Assembly: GCA_964188305.1 (NCBI GenBank)
Contig: OZ076886.1
Source of the DNA: Podarcis bocagei
Lineage: Eukaryota
Strand: one strand, 5' to 3'
DNA: 64,000 nt
The notes below the pieces were generated by a model. It saw nothing but the letters and a program-made list of their open reading frames with translations, was not told the origin of the DNA and made no database searches. Below are positions 36,660-48,581 of this stretch, in pieces (within the stretch, counting starts at the first letter, position 1; each line of letters starts with the position of its first letter). Both the position numbers and the translations under genes were made by a program.

Positions 36660-38358
36660 GTGAGTACCGTCTCTCTTATCTGCAGCCGACTCATCTATTT
36701 TACCCATCCCCTCTCCCTGGCTTGTGCATGATTGAGCTGTATATCTTCTTTGAGGACGGCAGCATTGCCAAGTAACACATGGGCACTGAATTTCTAGCCC
36801 CGCGTTTGTGTTTGTTTAGTGCTTGCAGACAACTTACTGCGAAAGGGAAGTATGGAACTAGAACAGCCTAGTAAACAAGCCCACAAAGTTACTGCATTTC
36901 CAGAAAATCAGCCGGCATGAGAACATAGGCTACCCGCCTCTTAGCAAGACAGTGTTAAAAGAAAGCTTTCTGCCGAGGGAGCTGGCAAGAGGAGTGGTCT
37001 ACCGCTCTTCCGCCGTGTGCCAGTCACAGAGGAAGGGCTGCCTTTCCACTGTGACCAGCACAGAAGGCAAACTGGCTGGTGGAGGAGGAGGAGGACAGAG
37101 TGATGGGCCTGTTCGTTCACCTGCATTGAATACCTGGCCTCCTTTGCCTGCCGAGTGAGTTGTTAAATGCAGGCTTGGACTAGAAGGTGAGGGGGGCATC
37201 TCTTTTTCCCTTTTTGGTCTTTAGCACTGACTGCTCATAGAAACTACTACCCAGGGTAGACCTACCGATTGCAGGTAGATTTTTCTAATGAAGTTCCCCT
37301 CGCCCCTCCCCCAAAAGTGTATTGATAAGCCCCAGTATTTTGAAAGTTGAAAGCATAGGTTTCAGAATCAAGCCAGTTTGAAAGACAGCTTGCAGTTTTT
37401 CTGTGCTTAACAGTGCAGAATGCTTGCATACACATGCAGGTCTCTGCCTTAAGAAAAGCAAGAGGGACCTGCAAGGAAATGTTATGGTGTGGAGTGTGCT
37501 GGCTCAGGTTTTCAGCTGTCCCATTCCATCGTTTTTCATTCTCCATCACTGCCACCCTGTCTACACCTGTCAGCCAGCCAGTATTTCGTGCCCATCGAGA
37601 ATGCTCAGTCCTCACAGGATGGTTTGGGGCATTTTTTTCCATTTTGGGGGTTTGAGGAGGTGGAGTGGGTATACTTATGCTGAACCCCAAACACATTAAA
37701 TTATTGAATTTCTCTGTCAATATCTGTGAGCAGCTCTCATTCCAAACTTGGGGACAGTTTAAAATAACTTCTTTGAACCAGAAAATGACGTATCCAGACA
37801 TTGAGATGCTTATTTCTACCCTATACATATGCATACATACTCTGTCTTCTGGTTCCAGACACTCCATTCTCCCCCTGCATCCCACCCGGTTGCCATTTTC
37901 ACCCCTTAGTCTCCACATTTTGTGCCTTGAAAAGATAGCATAGAGCTGTTTGAGGCGTTTTCCCTGCAGATTTTTTTGGTACTTGTTGCAAGCCCCTGAT
38001 TTCCTCTGAGACTGCTGGTACTTCTTTCTTGTGTGTGGGTAGTGTGGTTTTGTTTCCATTAGCACAAGCATAGGTAGTTCAAATCAGTGTTAGTACATTT
38101 TGCTAAGACGCCTGGATATCAGGGCTTTCTTTATCTGTGGTTGGACTGAGAAAACAATTGCTCCGCCCAGTTTTAGAGAGAGTTCAAAGTTGTAGGTCCT
38201 TGCTCTGTTAGCCAGAGTTCCTGTCGCTCCTCAAATCTGTGCATGTGGTGGTGGGTAGGTTTTGGAAGTGTCTTAGGGCTCACATGTTGTGTAAAGTCAT
38301 GCCTCTTGCTCTCCTCCCCCGCATTCAAAATAAAACTGATGCAAATGTTTGTTTTCAG

Positions 38359-38570
38359 GATCATAATTACGGAGCCCCTCCTCCTCCGACCCCTCCTGCT
38401 TCTCCCCCTGTCCAGACCATCATCCCTCGTGCAGAACTGAATGGCCTACACTCTCATGATGAGGAGAATTCTGGGGACACAGAGAGTTCTTCAGAAGCAG
38501 AGTCTATTCCTAGCTGGTGTCACTGTAGTCTCTCCCAAGATGGTTTCCTCATCAAATGTGAGAAGTGCAG
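38359..38570 (+). CDS. SETD5: SETD5 coding exon 3 ([10 protein letters not shown]...[18 protein letters not shown]); alternative acceptor at 38416
   Basis: TTTTCAG| acceptor and internal in-frame TCCAG| acceptor; donor AG|GTAAGT; encodes DHNY motif and degenerate half-PHD. Confidence 0.95.
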
Positions 38571-39366
38571 GTAAGTTCTTGCCTGTAGGCAGCTTCATAC
38601 ATGGGAAACGAGGGGGGTGGGGAGAATGTTTAAAGAGGCTTCCTGATTGCTCAGTGGACCATTTTCTTTACCTTCAATTGGTCACTGCAGCAAAGGAGCT
38701 GACTTACACAAAATCAACACGCACATTTTCACAATCCAGAAGCCAAATCCTGCAAGTTCATCAGATCAAATAAATAGTACCAATGTCAGATTGTCTAAAA
38801 GTGATTTGTTTGAGCTGACCAAATGCAGTTGGTTAAATAATCATACCTTATGCTCAGTGGAGTGTGTCTGAAACTCTCCATGAAGTTAGGTGCTTCTAAT
38901 GCAATGGTGAAAGAGTAATAGCGAAGGAGAGGTGGAACTTCTTCAGAGATTGGCAAGCAGCAGAAGGGGGCTTGGGGGTCATAAGGAACATGAGATCTGA
39001 TGTCTTTCCACTTTCCTGTCCTTCCAGGCCATCACTGGTCCAGGGCATTTCAGTGGCTCTGCTTTCACCCACTGTAGGCTTATTTCCACACATACGAGAG
39101 CTAAGAATGTGGTCTTTCTGAAACTTGAAAGATGGGGCTCTTGAGAACATGAATATTGCACTGGGCACACAGCCCATTATTTGCTGAAGCGATGGCCTTG
39201 GACGTGAATGTGTGAAGCCGAGACGTGGCCATTAAATTCATTTTAACTTTATATAACACTTTGATGTCAGGTGATCTGGTGTTCCGCTGAAGACCCAAGG
39301 TTAATTTATTTTAAGCAATATAACCCTTAATAATGCCTACTTTTGGTTTCTGTTGCCCTTTTGCAG

Positions 39367-39425
39367 GGGGCTTAACCGAGGGAAAGTGATCAGACTTCGT
39401 CGGAGGAAGCAAGACAACGTGTCAG
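39367..39425 (+). CDS. SETD5: SETD5 coding exon 4 (GLNRGKVIRLRRRKQDNVS)
   Basis: TTTTGCAG| ... G|GTGAGT, 59 nt. Confidence 0.95.
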
Positions 39426-39738
39426 GTGAGTTAGTGCCCCCAGGCTTGCGGGATTTGAATGAGCGGGTGCCCTGATGCAGTGAGAGTGCTCTGTGTCTCA
39501 TTGCCTCTCTTTGTCATCTTTCCCAGTTTACCTGAGATCTCAAGAGTATAGGGTAGGTACAATGGAAGAGCTGAAAGGGGCAAGCGCAAAGCAAGTTGCC
39601 ATTGTGAGTGGAAGATGATTGTTCCTTGCAGCCTTTTGGGGAGAAGAGTGCAATGTTAACTCACCGGGGTGGGACAGGGCAGGCACAAGTTTTTTCAGAA
39701 CAAAGGGGAAGTTGCCAACAAGACATTTTTCACGGCAG

Positions 39739-39926
39739 GCGGGGACAGCAGTGCAACTGAGAGCTGGGACGAGGAGCTCTCTCCCTCCACAGTGTTGTAC
39801 ACTGCTACACAACACACCCCTACGAGCATCACTCTGACCGTCAATCGGGTCTGCAGAACCAAACCCAAAAAGAGGAAAAGAAATACAGAGAGAACTCGTA
39901 CGGCACCAAAAGCCAAAAAAATCAAG
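39739..39926 (+). CDS. SETD5: SETD5 coding exon 5 ([34 protein letters not shown]...KKIK)
   Basis: GGCAG| ... AAG|GTATGT, 188 nt. Confidence 0.96.
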
Positions 39927-41148
39927 GTATGTCAATAGATACGGTTGTCGGTGAATCCAGCCAGTTACTAAGTAAGCGTTTGGGAGGATGTCTGGTCGTT
40001 TTCCTCTAATCTCCTCCTTATTGGTATGCAGCCTTCCATATCCTGATGATGATCTCCTTCTGGGTTTTTTTGGGGGGGGTAGTGGGGGGACAGATGCTGT
40101 GGACAAAACGAACACGAACAGTGACAATGTGTTCCACCGATGCCTGAAGTGGAATTGTGTCACCATGCCCACAGCTCAGGCAGGGCTGCAACTGTGGGGA
40201 AAGGGAGGGCTTTTCTGATTGCTTAAGCAGTCGTTTGAACAACAACAACAAAACCACACCAACAACCCCAAAGGACTCTACATGCATCTTACTTACGGAG
40301 ATACAAAACTAATATTATTGAATTAGTAAGAACTAAACTGACTTCCAGCATTCTAGCCAATCAGCATCAAGTAAAAAAATGAATGCTAAGCATCTACCAC
40401 TAAATAAGAACAACAATAGTATTTTAATCATACAACATCAAGAAATGACTTGCATTTAATTTTTTCCATTTCAAATTGACACCCCACCCTCCCAATGCAT
40501 AAATGATCTTTGGTTCCTTTACCACACAATGTTCAGACTTTGGATATAGAGACCCATGGGTGGAAAACTGTGGGTTTGGATGCAGCAAAATCTGGCTGAT
40601 CTATATTGTGCATATACAGAAGAATTGTTCCTACAAAGCAAATTTGTTTATAAAAAGTTACTTTTTGGTTAATATTCTACACATTTTACATGATTCTCTC
40701 CTGCATAAGCTAACAAAAATAATGCATATTAAAGTAATTCTTAAGCAGCAGCTCTCTTCTTACTTAGAAGGGACTCTGGATACTTGGAAGAGTTTTTATT
40801 TGGGAATTTCGTTTTGCTGTTTGATACCCACAGAAAGATTTTATGGTGGCATAACTGTGTATACTCTGCTGTGGTTCCTTTGCTCTTCTTTCAGAGCCTG
40901 TTCTTTGCTTTGTGGAAGTGCTACTTGGCCAAAGCTGCGACAATCCGTGCTTGTCGTCTAGGGAGGTTCTGGAAAAGGCAGCCAACCCTTTAGGGAGGTG
41001 GGGGAGTCTACCATTGAAAGTTACACTGGGATCAGTTTTTCTTCTAGTCCTTGTTGCAGTTTTGCATCTGTGCCCCTTATTTAGCATGAATGAGCACAGA
41101 TATATAGGGCAAAAATACTGATGGTCATTTGTCTTACTCTTTCAACAG

Positions 41149-41187
41149 GCTTTTAGAGAAGGTTCACGGAAGTCTTTGCGGATGAAG
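41149..41187 (+). CDS. SETD5: SETD5 39-nt exon (AFREGSRKSLRMK), probably a cassette
   Basis: CTCTTTCAACAG| ... AAG|GTGAGT; symmetric phase 0; similar to the AFREGSRKS peptide of paralogue KMT2E as recalled. Confidence 0.9.
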
Positions 41188-41686
41188 GTGAGTTAAGCCA
41201 CATACCTGATCCCAGAATACAGTTTCATGCCTGTAACGCAATTAATGACTCCTGGTTTTGTTCTCAAGGACTACTGAGCCCAGCTTACTGGTCATCAGCA
41301 TGTATGAAACTTCATGGTTATCATTTGACCCGGTCCAAGATGGTTGTGGCATTATTGTTGAGACAGGTGCACATTTAAAGGACTTTGGTGTGCAAGGCAG
41401 GGATGTTGAAGAGCAGAGACGTTGAAGGGCTCATTAGTTTTCTAAGCGATGTGGTTGGAATGGGCTCAAGTACTGTTGTGCTGGTTACCTGAGGCTACTT
41501 GAGTAGAGACCAGGATGGGGAGAACTTTGAAAATGCCACAAAAAAAGCTGGCTGAGAACAAGGACCACACAGAGTTAGGTGGTTATTTTCCTAGTTATAG
41601 GCTGCTCTGTCACCACAAGCAGCCCCGGTGCTTTTCACAGAGCCCTTATGCCGTATAGACATTGAACTGACTCCCTTTTGGTGCAG

Positions 41687-41929
41687 AACTCTCCTTCAGA
41701 AGCCCATGCCCTGGATGAGAATACGGCAGAGGGGTGGGAAAACCGCATAAGGCTCTGGACCGATCAGTATGAAGAAGCCTTCACTAACCAATACAGCGCG
41801 GATGTACAGAACCTCCTGGAGCACCATCTAAATGCCAATAAAGAGTTTGTGGGCAAGGCGGCTGTGCTGGACACAATCAATAAGACAGAGCTGTTCTGTA
41901 ACAACACTGTCATTGGCTCTCAGATGCAG
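41687..41929 (+). CDS. SETD5: SETD5 coding exon ([12 protein letters not shown]...[10 protein letters not shown])
   Basis: GGTGCAG| ... CAG|GTAAAC, 243 nt. Confidence 0.97.
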
Positions 41930-42233
41930 GTAAACAAGTAGACCCCCAAGTGGCGGTAGGCCAGTTGGCTGCATGCTAGGGTGGTGGGTCATTGATAAGG
42001 CCCGGGTTTGAAAGATGCTCTTTTGCCTCTAGATGCAAGCAAGCTTATACATAGGGGAGAGCAGATAAGGTGAAGCTCGGGGAGGTATGAAACGACAGTC
42101 CTTCTCTCCCCGTCCTCCTTTCCTGGCTCATTAGATAAGATTCTTTTCAGGTATAAAATATTCCTGGTCTGGCCAGCAATGCTACCTTGAGCATGTCTGC
42201 TACTTCAGTTCATGCATTCTGGTAGACAATTAA

Positions 42234-42497
<264 letters not shown>

Positions 42498-42656
42498 TAA
42501 GAATGCTGAGCGGTCTGAAAAGTGGAACCGTTTTGGGGGCTGGTGCGGGTGGGAGGTTCCCCACAATCGATTGGTTTTAGAAATGAATATGCGTTATGCG
42601 GTGGTGCGTCCAGCGCTCCACGGATGCCTTGTAGGCTTGGCTGTGTTTGCCATTAA

Positions 42657-42863
<207 letters not shown>

Positions 42864-43267
42864 TGAGTTTGTGGTCGGCCACGACTTCAAACAAAGATCG
42901 CCCTACCAGCCCAAAAGTGCTGGATCCTCAGATCCTTTATACAATATTGATCCTGCAGAATATTTTACCAGTAGCCCCAGAAGGACAAACACTTGGACAT
43001 TGTGGTCTTCAGCAGGTGGAATTATGGTCCATCTGTCCTGCATTCTCCATCAAGTATCCCAGTCCTCGACAGAATTCAGAATTCCCTACCTAGCAAAGCA
43101 AATCCTTCCAGTCTCAAATGTATACATCACGTTTCACAACTTGGTTGTTCTAAACTAACAGTTGCTTAAAGAGACTGGCTTTGCTGCTACTTCATTGAAA
43201 CTCAGCTTTTGCAATGTGGCACATGCTTGACTTTTGGAATTGTAACGTTTCTGTTTGTGTGTTGAAG

Positions 43268-43377
43268 GTTCGCCATGTGATAGCAGGTGGGATGATTCAC
43301 CTGTGCATATATGCTGTTACATCCATTGCCAAGGATGCAGAGGTCACCATTGCCTTTGACTATGAGTACAATAACTG
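43268..43377 (+). CDS. SETD5: SETD5 SET-domain exon ([36 protein letters not shown])
   Basis: GTTGAAG| ... TG|GTGAGC, 110 nt. Confidence 0.96.
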
Positions 43378-43627
43378 GTGAGCGTTTGTTACTTGCTTAT
43401 TGGAGACTTGCCCTTCTTCCCTCAGTACTGACCTTTTCATTTGTGCCCCTGCTTTTTGGTTTTTGTTGTCAAATTACATTCTCAGCCTCTCGGGTGGTAA
43501 AGGTCATAATGGGAGCAGTTCCCCCATCTCTTTCCTAGACATTTAGCTCAACGGTATACTTACATATTGTTTCTCAAGACATTGTGAAGCGATACTAATA
43601 TATTCTGTGTCTTTTGTGATGGGGCAG

Positions 43628-43868
43628 CAACTATAAAGTGGATTGTGCCTGTCACAAGGGAAACCGGAGTTGCCCTGTGCAGAAACGGAGTCCAAACACT
43701 GTAGAACAGCTGCCTCCACCTGTTCTAGACACTCTGATTGGAGCAGAGACCAGGCGTCGGAAAGCTCGTCGGAAGGAGCTAGAGCAGCGGGAAGCTGCAT
43801 CAGATGAGAACAGCAATCCACAGCCAGAGGAAGTCCCTGAGGGACTTGCTGCAGCCAGTGATAATGAG
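43628..43868 (+). CDS. SETD5: SETD5 post-SET exon ([20 protein letters not shown]...ASDNE)
   Basis: GGGCAG| ... GAG|GTAAAG, 241 nt. Confidence 0.95.
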
Positions 43869-44057
43869 GTAAAGTCTCCACTATCCTATAGCATTGAGTG
43901 TTGGTCACTAACTCTGGAGGAACTTGTTCCCAGAGGGAATGACTTCCCTGGGCACAGAGCAGCCCCAGCCCCAGTGAAATGCTGGACGTTCACGGTAATT
44001 GTCCCATATCTTTTTGCAGCTGTGACTGCTGCTGAGGTCCATTCTCTCACATTTCAG

Positions 44058-44138
44058 GTTGCAGACAAAGAAGAGAAGCAAGAAGAGGAGAAAGAAGCCA
44101 CTGCGGATGACCAGGGAGGTCTCACTCAGAACAGACGG
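44058..44138 (+). CDS. SETD5: SETD5 acidic exon ([13 protein letters not shown]...QNRR), GC donor
   Basis: ATTTCAG| ... CGG|GCAAGT, 81 nt; joins in frame to TREDRK. Confidence 0.9.
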
Positions 44139-44905
44139 GCAAGTATCTTTTCCTCTCTCTTTTTTTGTAATGGGTAGAGTCCCTCCCATAGGTAGTGAGT
44201 TTTTATCCTGCCTTCTCACACAGTGTTGTCTGGTTAACTAGTCTGATCTGCCTCCCTCATGTCAGCATTATTGTTCTGCTCCTGTTCTTCAGGGTTGCTG
44301 CTGTTTTCACTAGCCCAGGTGCCATGTTGGCTATGGATTCTGATTATGTGGTTTAAAATAGTGGTTTTCAAAGTGTCTGCGTTCAGGGAATCTTTTCCAT
44401 GTTGGCTTGTCTGCAGCAGAACCCTGCACACTGCAAAGGATTCTGGGACATAGTGTCCATGTTCTGTTCAAGCAGGAAACTGGCCAGATCTGTTGGGCCT
44501 CACCAGTGCCCTGTTTGAACTAAGTCTTAGCCTGTGGCTTTGCATTTGTAGGGAAGATCAAGAGTAGTGGCCGTGCTGTCTTCAATGACGCTTGTCCACT
44601 ACAGTGTCTATCTTCTTACTAAGGAGAGCTTTGTTAAGCTTCTGAGAAACAGCAGGATGCCCTGCAAAACAAAGATGCAAAAGCAAGATTACTTGTGGAA
44701 GGGAGTCAGAGTCAGGGGCTCAGCAGGCTTGATTCAGGAACCTGTTAAGAAATCTTAACAACCATCTAGGCCTCCTCATGGCAGTTTTAGAAACAGATAT
44801 TAAAGCTAGGAGCCACATGGCACCTTTTAACCTAGTCTTCAGTTGCCGCTACGGAATGCCTCAGCGCCCTGCTGATCAGCTGATCTATGCAGCAGCATAA
44901 CACCG

Positions 44906-44989
44906 AAAGATGTGCCTCTTTTGGTGCTGTGCTGCTCTGCAAATCAGCTGCTCTGCAGCGCAGCGCAGCACCAAAAGAGGCATTTCTTT
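44906..44989. repeat. 36-bp imperfect inverted repeat with 12-nt loop
   Basis: 44906-44941 vs 44954-44989; 32/36 Watson-Crick plus 2 G-U pairs. Confidence 0.88.
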
Positions 44990-45173
44990 TGCTGCCGTGC
45001 TGCCCCACCAGCCAGCTGACTGGCCCAGCAGGGCAGCAGTGCCAGCCAGCCAGATGGAGATGTTATTCAGCAAACCTGGCGACCAGGTATCTCCACTTCC
45101 TCACAAAAGGCTGGTTGCCTATTGTGAAATGTGGCTGGCGCTCTGATATTTTCAAGCACTACCCCATGGCTTA

Positions 45174-45536
45174 GGGACGCGGGTGGCGCTGTGGGAAAAA
45201 CCTCAGCGCCTAGGACTTGCCGATCACATGGTTGGCAGTTCGAATCCCCGCGGCGGGGTGCGCTCCCGTCGTTCGGTCCCAATGCCTGCCAACCTAGCAG
45301 TTTGAAAGCACCCCCGGGTGCAAGTAGATAAATAGGGACCGCTTACCAGCGGGAAGGTAAACGGCGTTCCGTGTGCTGCGCTGGCTCGCCAGATGCAGCT
45401 TCGTCACGCTGGCCACGTGACCCGGAAGTGTCTGCGGACAGCGCTGGCTCCCGGCCTATAGAGTGAGATGAGCGCACAACCCTAGAGTCTGGCAAGACTG
45501 GCCCGTACGGGCAGGGGTACCTTTACCTTTTTCCTT
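45174..45536 (+). mobile_element. Full-length Sauria-type SINE
   Basis: tRNA-like head (GGTGGCGCTGTGG; GTTCGAATCCC), CCTGCCAACCTAGCAG core, (ACCTTT)n tail; 12-bp TSD TACCCCATGGCT at 45160-45171 and 45537-45548. Confidence 0.92.
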
Positions 45537-46475
45537 TACCCCATGGCTGTTGAAAGTGAAGTAAAATGGCAGCAGCTCAGATAACAGCAGTTCCTTTTCA
45601 TCCTTGAACCTAAGAATAGACAGACAAGAAAAGAAGAGAGGTTAGTCAACATGAGGAAGCTTCAAAGGAAGCCTACAGACATAGGAAATGGAAGGTAAAC
45701 GACAATAGTCCCCCCCTTGAATCTTAGCACTGCCTATCCGTGCCAAACAAAAAAATATAACTTGGTCCAGTTAGCCAGTGTATGTATATGAGGGATAGGA
45801 TTGAATAGGGTGGGAGATGAGGAAAAGCTGGCATTTTCCCTAGCAGCAACACTAGCTTGTTGCTTGTATCACTGTTTTGAATCCCCTGGAGCGTATATTG
45901 CCTGAACAGCCATCTTTTTATGTTATTCTAATGGCCACTGCTACTGCTTCTTTCTTATTTCCTGCTAAAACCGATATGAGCGGCACACACTTTCATCGGT
46001 TGGGCTTCTGTAGCCTTGGAAACAAGGTGCTTTCTTGTCACGGCCTTTAAAAACGAAACAGTGTCCTTTAAACGGTTATACAGAGAAGTGGAATATTCAT
46101 TATCAATTTAAAAACAGCAACAACCAAAGTTTGATTCAAAAGGCAGAATCCAAAGCACAGAATATCCTGAGAGGAAGGTACAGTTGAGGAAGACCTAAAG
46201 TTGGGGGGGGGGGTTAGGAAGAAGCAAGTGAGAGATGACTTAGCAAGCAGTTTAATGACTTAAGTATAAATGTGGGGGGGGGGGAGACAGGGGTAACACG
46301 CATTTTAATCCTAGGCACCTAATATTTCCACATGACCATGCTGTTCTGAATTGCAATTGCTTTGAGATCAGTGTATTCTGAGTTGACAGAGAACTAGCAC
46401 CCTGTGTTCCGTGTGGTCAGTGCTCAGGCAAGTTGATCCACGAGGAATGGAGAGCAGGACATTATTGGGATGTCT

Positions 46476-46820
46476 ACTGAAGGAGCGTCTCCACCCCCAT
46501 CGTTCTGCCCGGACGCTGAGGTCCAGCACCGAGGGCCTTCTGGCGGTTCCCTCATTGCGAGAAGCAAAGCTACAGGGAACCAGGCAGAGGGCCTTCTCGG
46601 TAGTGGCGCCCGCCCTGTGGAACGCCCTCCCACCAGATGTCAAAGAGAACAACAACTACCAGACTTTTAGAAGACATCTTTAAGGCAGCCCTGTTCAGGG
46701 AAGCTTTTAATCTGTGATATTTTACTGTATTTTTTGTTTCTATGGAAGCCGCCCAGAGTGGCTGGGGAAACCCAGCCAGATGGGCGGGGTACAAATAATA
46801 AATTATTATTATTATTATTA
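46476..46820 (+). mobile_element. 3' end of L2-clade LINE
   Basis: Encodes ...RTLRSS..LLAVP..RAFSVVAPALWNALP..FRRHL, a typical L2 ORF2 C-terminus, then 3' UTR and (ATT)n tail. Confidence 0.88.
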
Positions 46821-46941
46821 CTGGTTTGCCACTGTTGATCTGTTGTGTTTCCCCTTCTTCCCTTCTTCCCTGGTCTGCCGTTTTTTTTTTACCCATTTGT
46901 ACCTGTTCTGCTGACTTTGATTTGTGCTTCGGTTGGGCTAG

Positions 46942-47205
46942 ACCCGAGAAGATCGGAAGGTAGAAGCCATCATGCACGTGTTTGAGAACCTGGAAAAAAG
47001 AAAGAGGAGGCGAGATCTCCCATCGGACCGAAGCAGCACAGACGCAGAAGTGGTGGTCACGGCAGAGACTCCAGAACCGGAGGAAGTAAAAGCTGAGCCA
47101 AATGAAACTGAGGAGAGCAGTTTGGCTTCAAGTGTTTCTGTGCCAAGTGCCCCTTCCAGTGCCAGCAGCGTTGGAGTGAACACACGGAGGTCTTCACAGG
47201 CCGGG
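46942..47205 (+). CDS. SETD5: SETD5 coding exon ([25 protein letters not shown]...RRSSQAG)
   Basis: GGCTAG| ... GGG|GTAAGA, 264 nt. Confidence 0.96.
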
Positions 47206-47888
47206 GTAAGAAGAAGGGCAGAACTGCCAAGGGTTTGGCCCCAGTAACTTTGGGAATTACAGTGGAATTGCTGTGTGCAACTCCATGTTCAGAAAGGATA
47301 TCCTTCCAGCTACCAGATGCTGGAAGTGTAATTCAACCTTCCTGTTGTATTAAAACGTCCACTGGAATGTAATTATATATTATATAATTAGACCATTGGC
47401 TTGATCCAACATGACAATTGGTTGTGAGCCCCTGACTGGTAGCATTTTCAGTGTTACAAGGCATGTGCTGGATTTGAAAGAAGTCACGTTTCATTGGGCG
47501 TGCTGAGAGCACAAGGGAAGGTGGGGGCCATATTTTGGCATGGACTTGCTGTCTACAAATCAGCACAGTTACTTTCACAGACCATGTTGTACTGGCACCC
47601 TTGGACACTTCTTATTGGACTCAGAATATGCCAGCTGGCACCTGTTTGGCAAATGCTTCAAGGGGTGAAAACAGTATTCTAGAGGGAGCATTGCATTAAG
47701 ATGCAAGTAAAACTCCCCCAACCCCCAAAGAATACTAGCGTCCCAGATTTTCCCTTGACTCTCCCTTTACACTCCAGGAATTAAACCTTTACAAATATAT
47801 TTCGCCAGGCTGCTCCTGTTTGAGAGCAAATGTGTACAGGCGCAGGTTCTCAATAATTCCATACCTTACACTGGGCTTTGCTCTGCAG

Positions 47889-48209
47889 GAAACGGCAGCA
47901 GAGAAACCAGTCTCTAAAACAGCACCGTCAAAACCAGCTAGGCCGCGACCCAAAAGCCGGTTTTCCCGTTATCGGAGTAGTTCCGCACAGCGGCTGAGAA
48001 GGCAAAAACAAGCCAGCTCCCAACAGGCTGAGCTCTCTCAAGCAGCTCCAGAGGAGGGAAACGCCGTGAGCACAGTAATGGCGGCGGAAGTCAGCAGTGT
48101 GGAGGGTCCTGGAGAAGGGAAGCAGTTGATGGGTTCTGACCCAGCTGTGGCTGCAGTTGCAGGAACACAGGCCAGCCGGGCTGCACTCAAGTATCCCAAA
48201 ACGAAAAAG
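47889..48209 (+). CDS. SETD5: SETD5 coding exon (ETAAEKP...[18 protein letters not shown]...KYPKTKK)
   Basis: CTCTGCAG| ... AAG|GTAAAT, 321 nt. Confidence 0.96.
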
Positions 48210-48244
48210 GTAAATCAACTGAGGTATGGGCAGGATGTATCTTA

Positions 48245-48581
48245 AAGGTAAAGGTGCCCCGACCATTAGCTCCAGTCGCGGATGATTCTGGGGTTGCGGT
48301 GCTCATCTCGCTCTATAGGCCGAGGGAGCCGGCGTTTGTCCGCAGACAGCTTCCGGGTCATGTGGTCAGCATGACTAAGCTGCTTCTGGCGAACCAGAGC
48401 AGCGCACGGAAACACCGTTTACTTTCCCGCCAGAGCGGTACCTAGTTATCTACTTGCACTTGTCGTGCTTTCGAACTGCTAGGTGGGTAGGAGCTGGGAC
48501 TGAACAACGGGAGCTCACCCCGTCGTGGGGATTCGAACTGCCAACCTTCTGATCGGCAAGCCCTAGGCTCTGTGGTTTAGA
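48245..48581 (-). mobile_element. Sauria-type SINE, antisense, 35 nt after a SETD5 donor
   Basis: Reverse complement of the Sauria-type body; 15-bp TSD GCAGGATGTATCTTA at 48230-48244 and 48598-48612. Confidence 0.92.

Noticed and set aside
37262-38071. 269-aa minus-strand ORF
   Set aside because: Intronic and antisense, no recognisable domain, composition looks like random translation.
39028-39270. Strong acceptor (CTTTCCTGTCCTTCCAG) considered as the lost second half of the PHD
   Set aside because: Translation has no His/Cys PHD pattern, reaches a stop, and there is no convincing donor.
39540-40172. 210-aa minus-strand ORF (also 62691-63239)
   Set aside because: Antisense shadows of real SETD5 exons.
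40290-40830. AT-rich block with a 152-aa ORF, possibly an L1/Tx1 3' remnant
   Set aside because: Similarity too faint to call without a database search.
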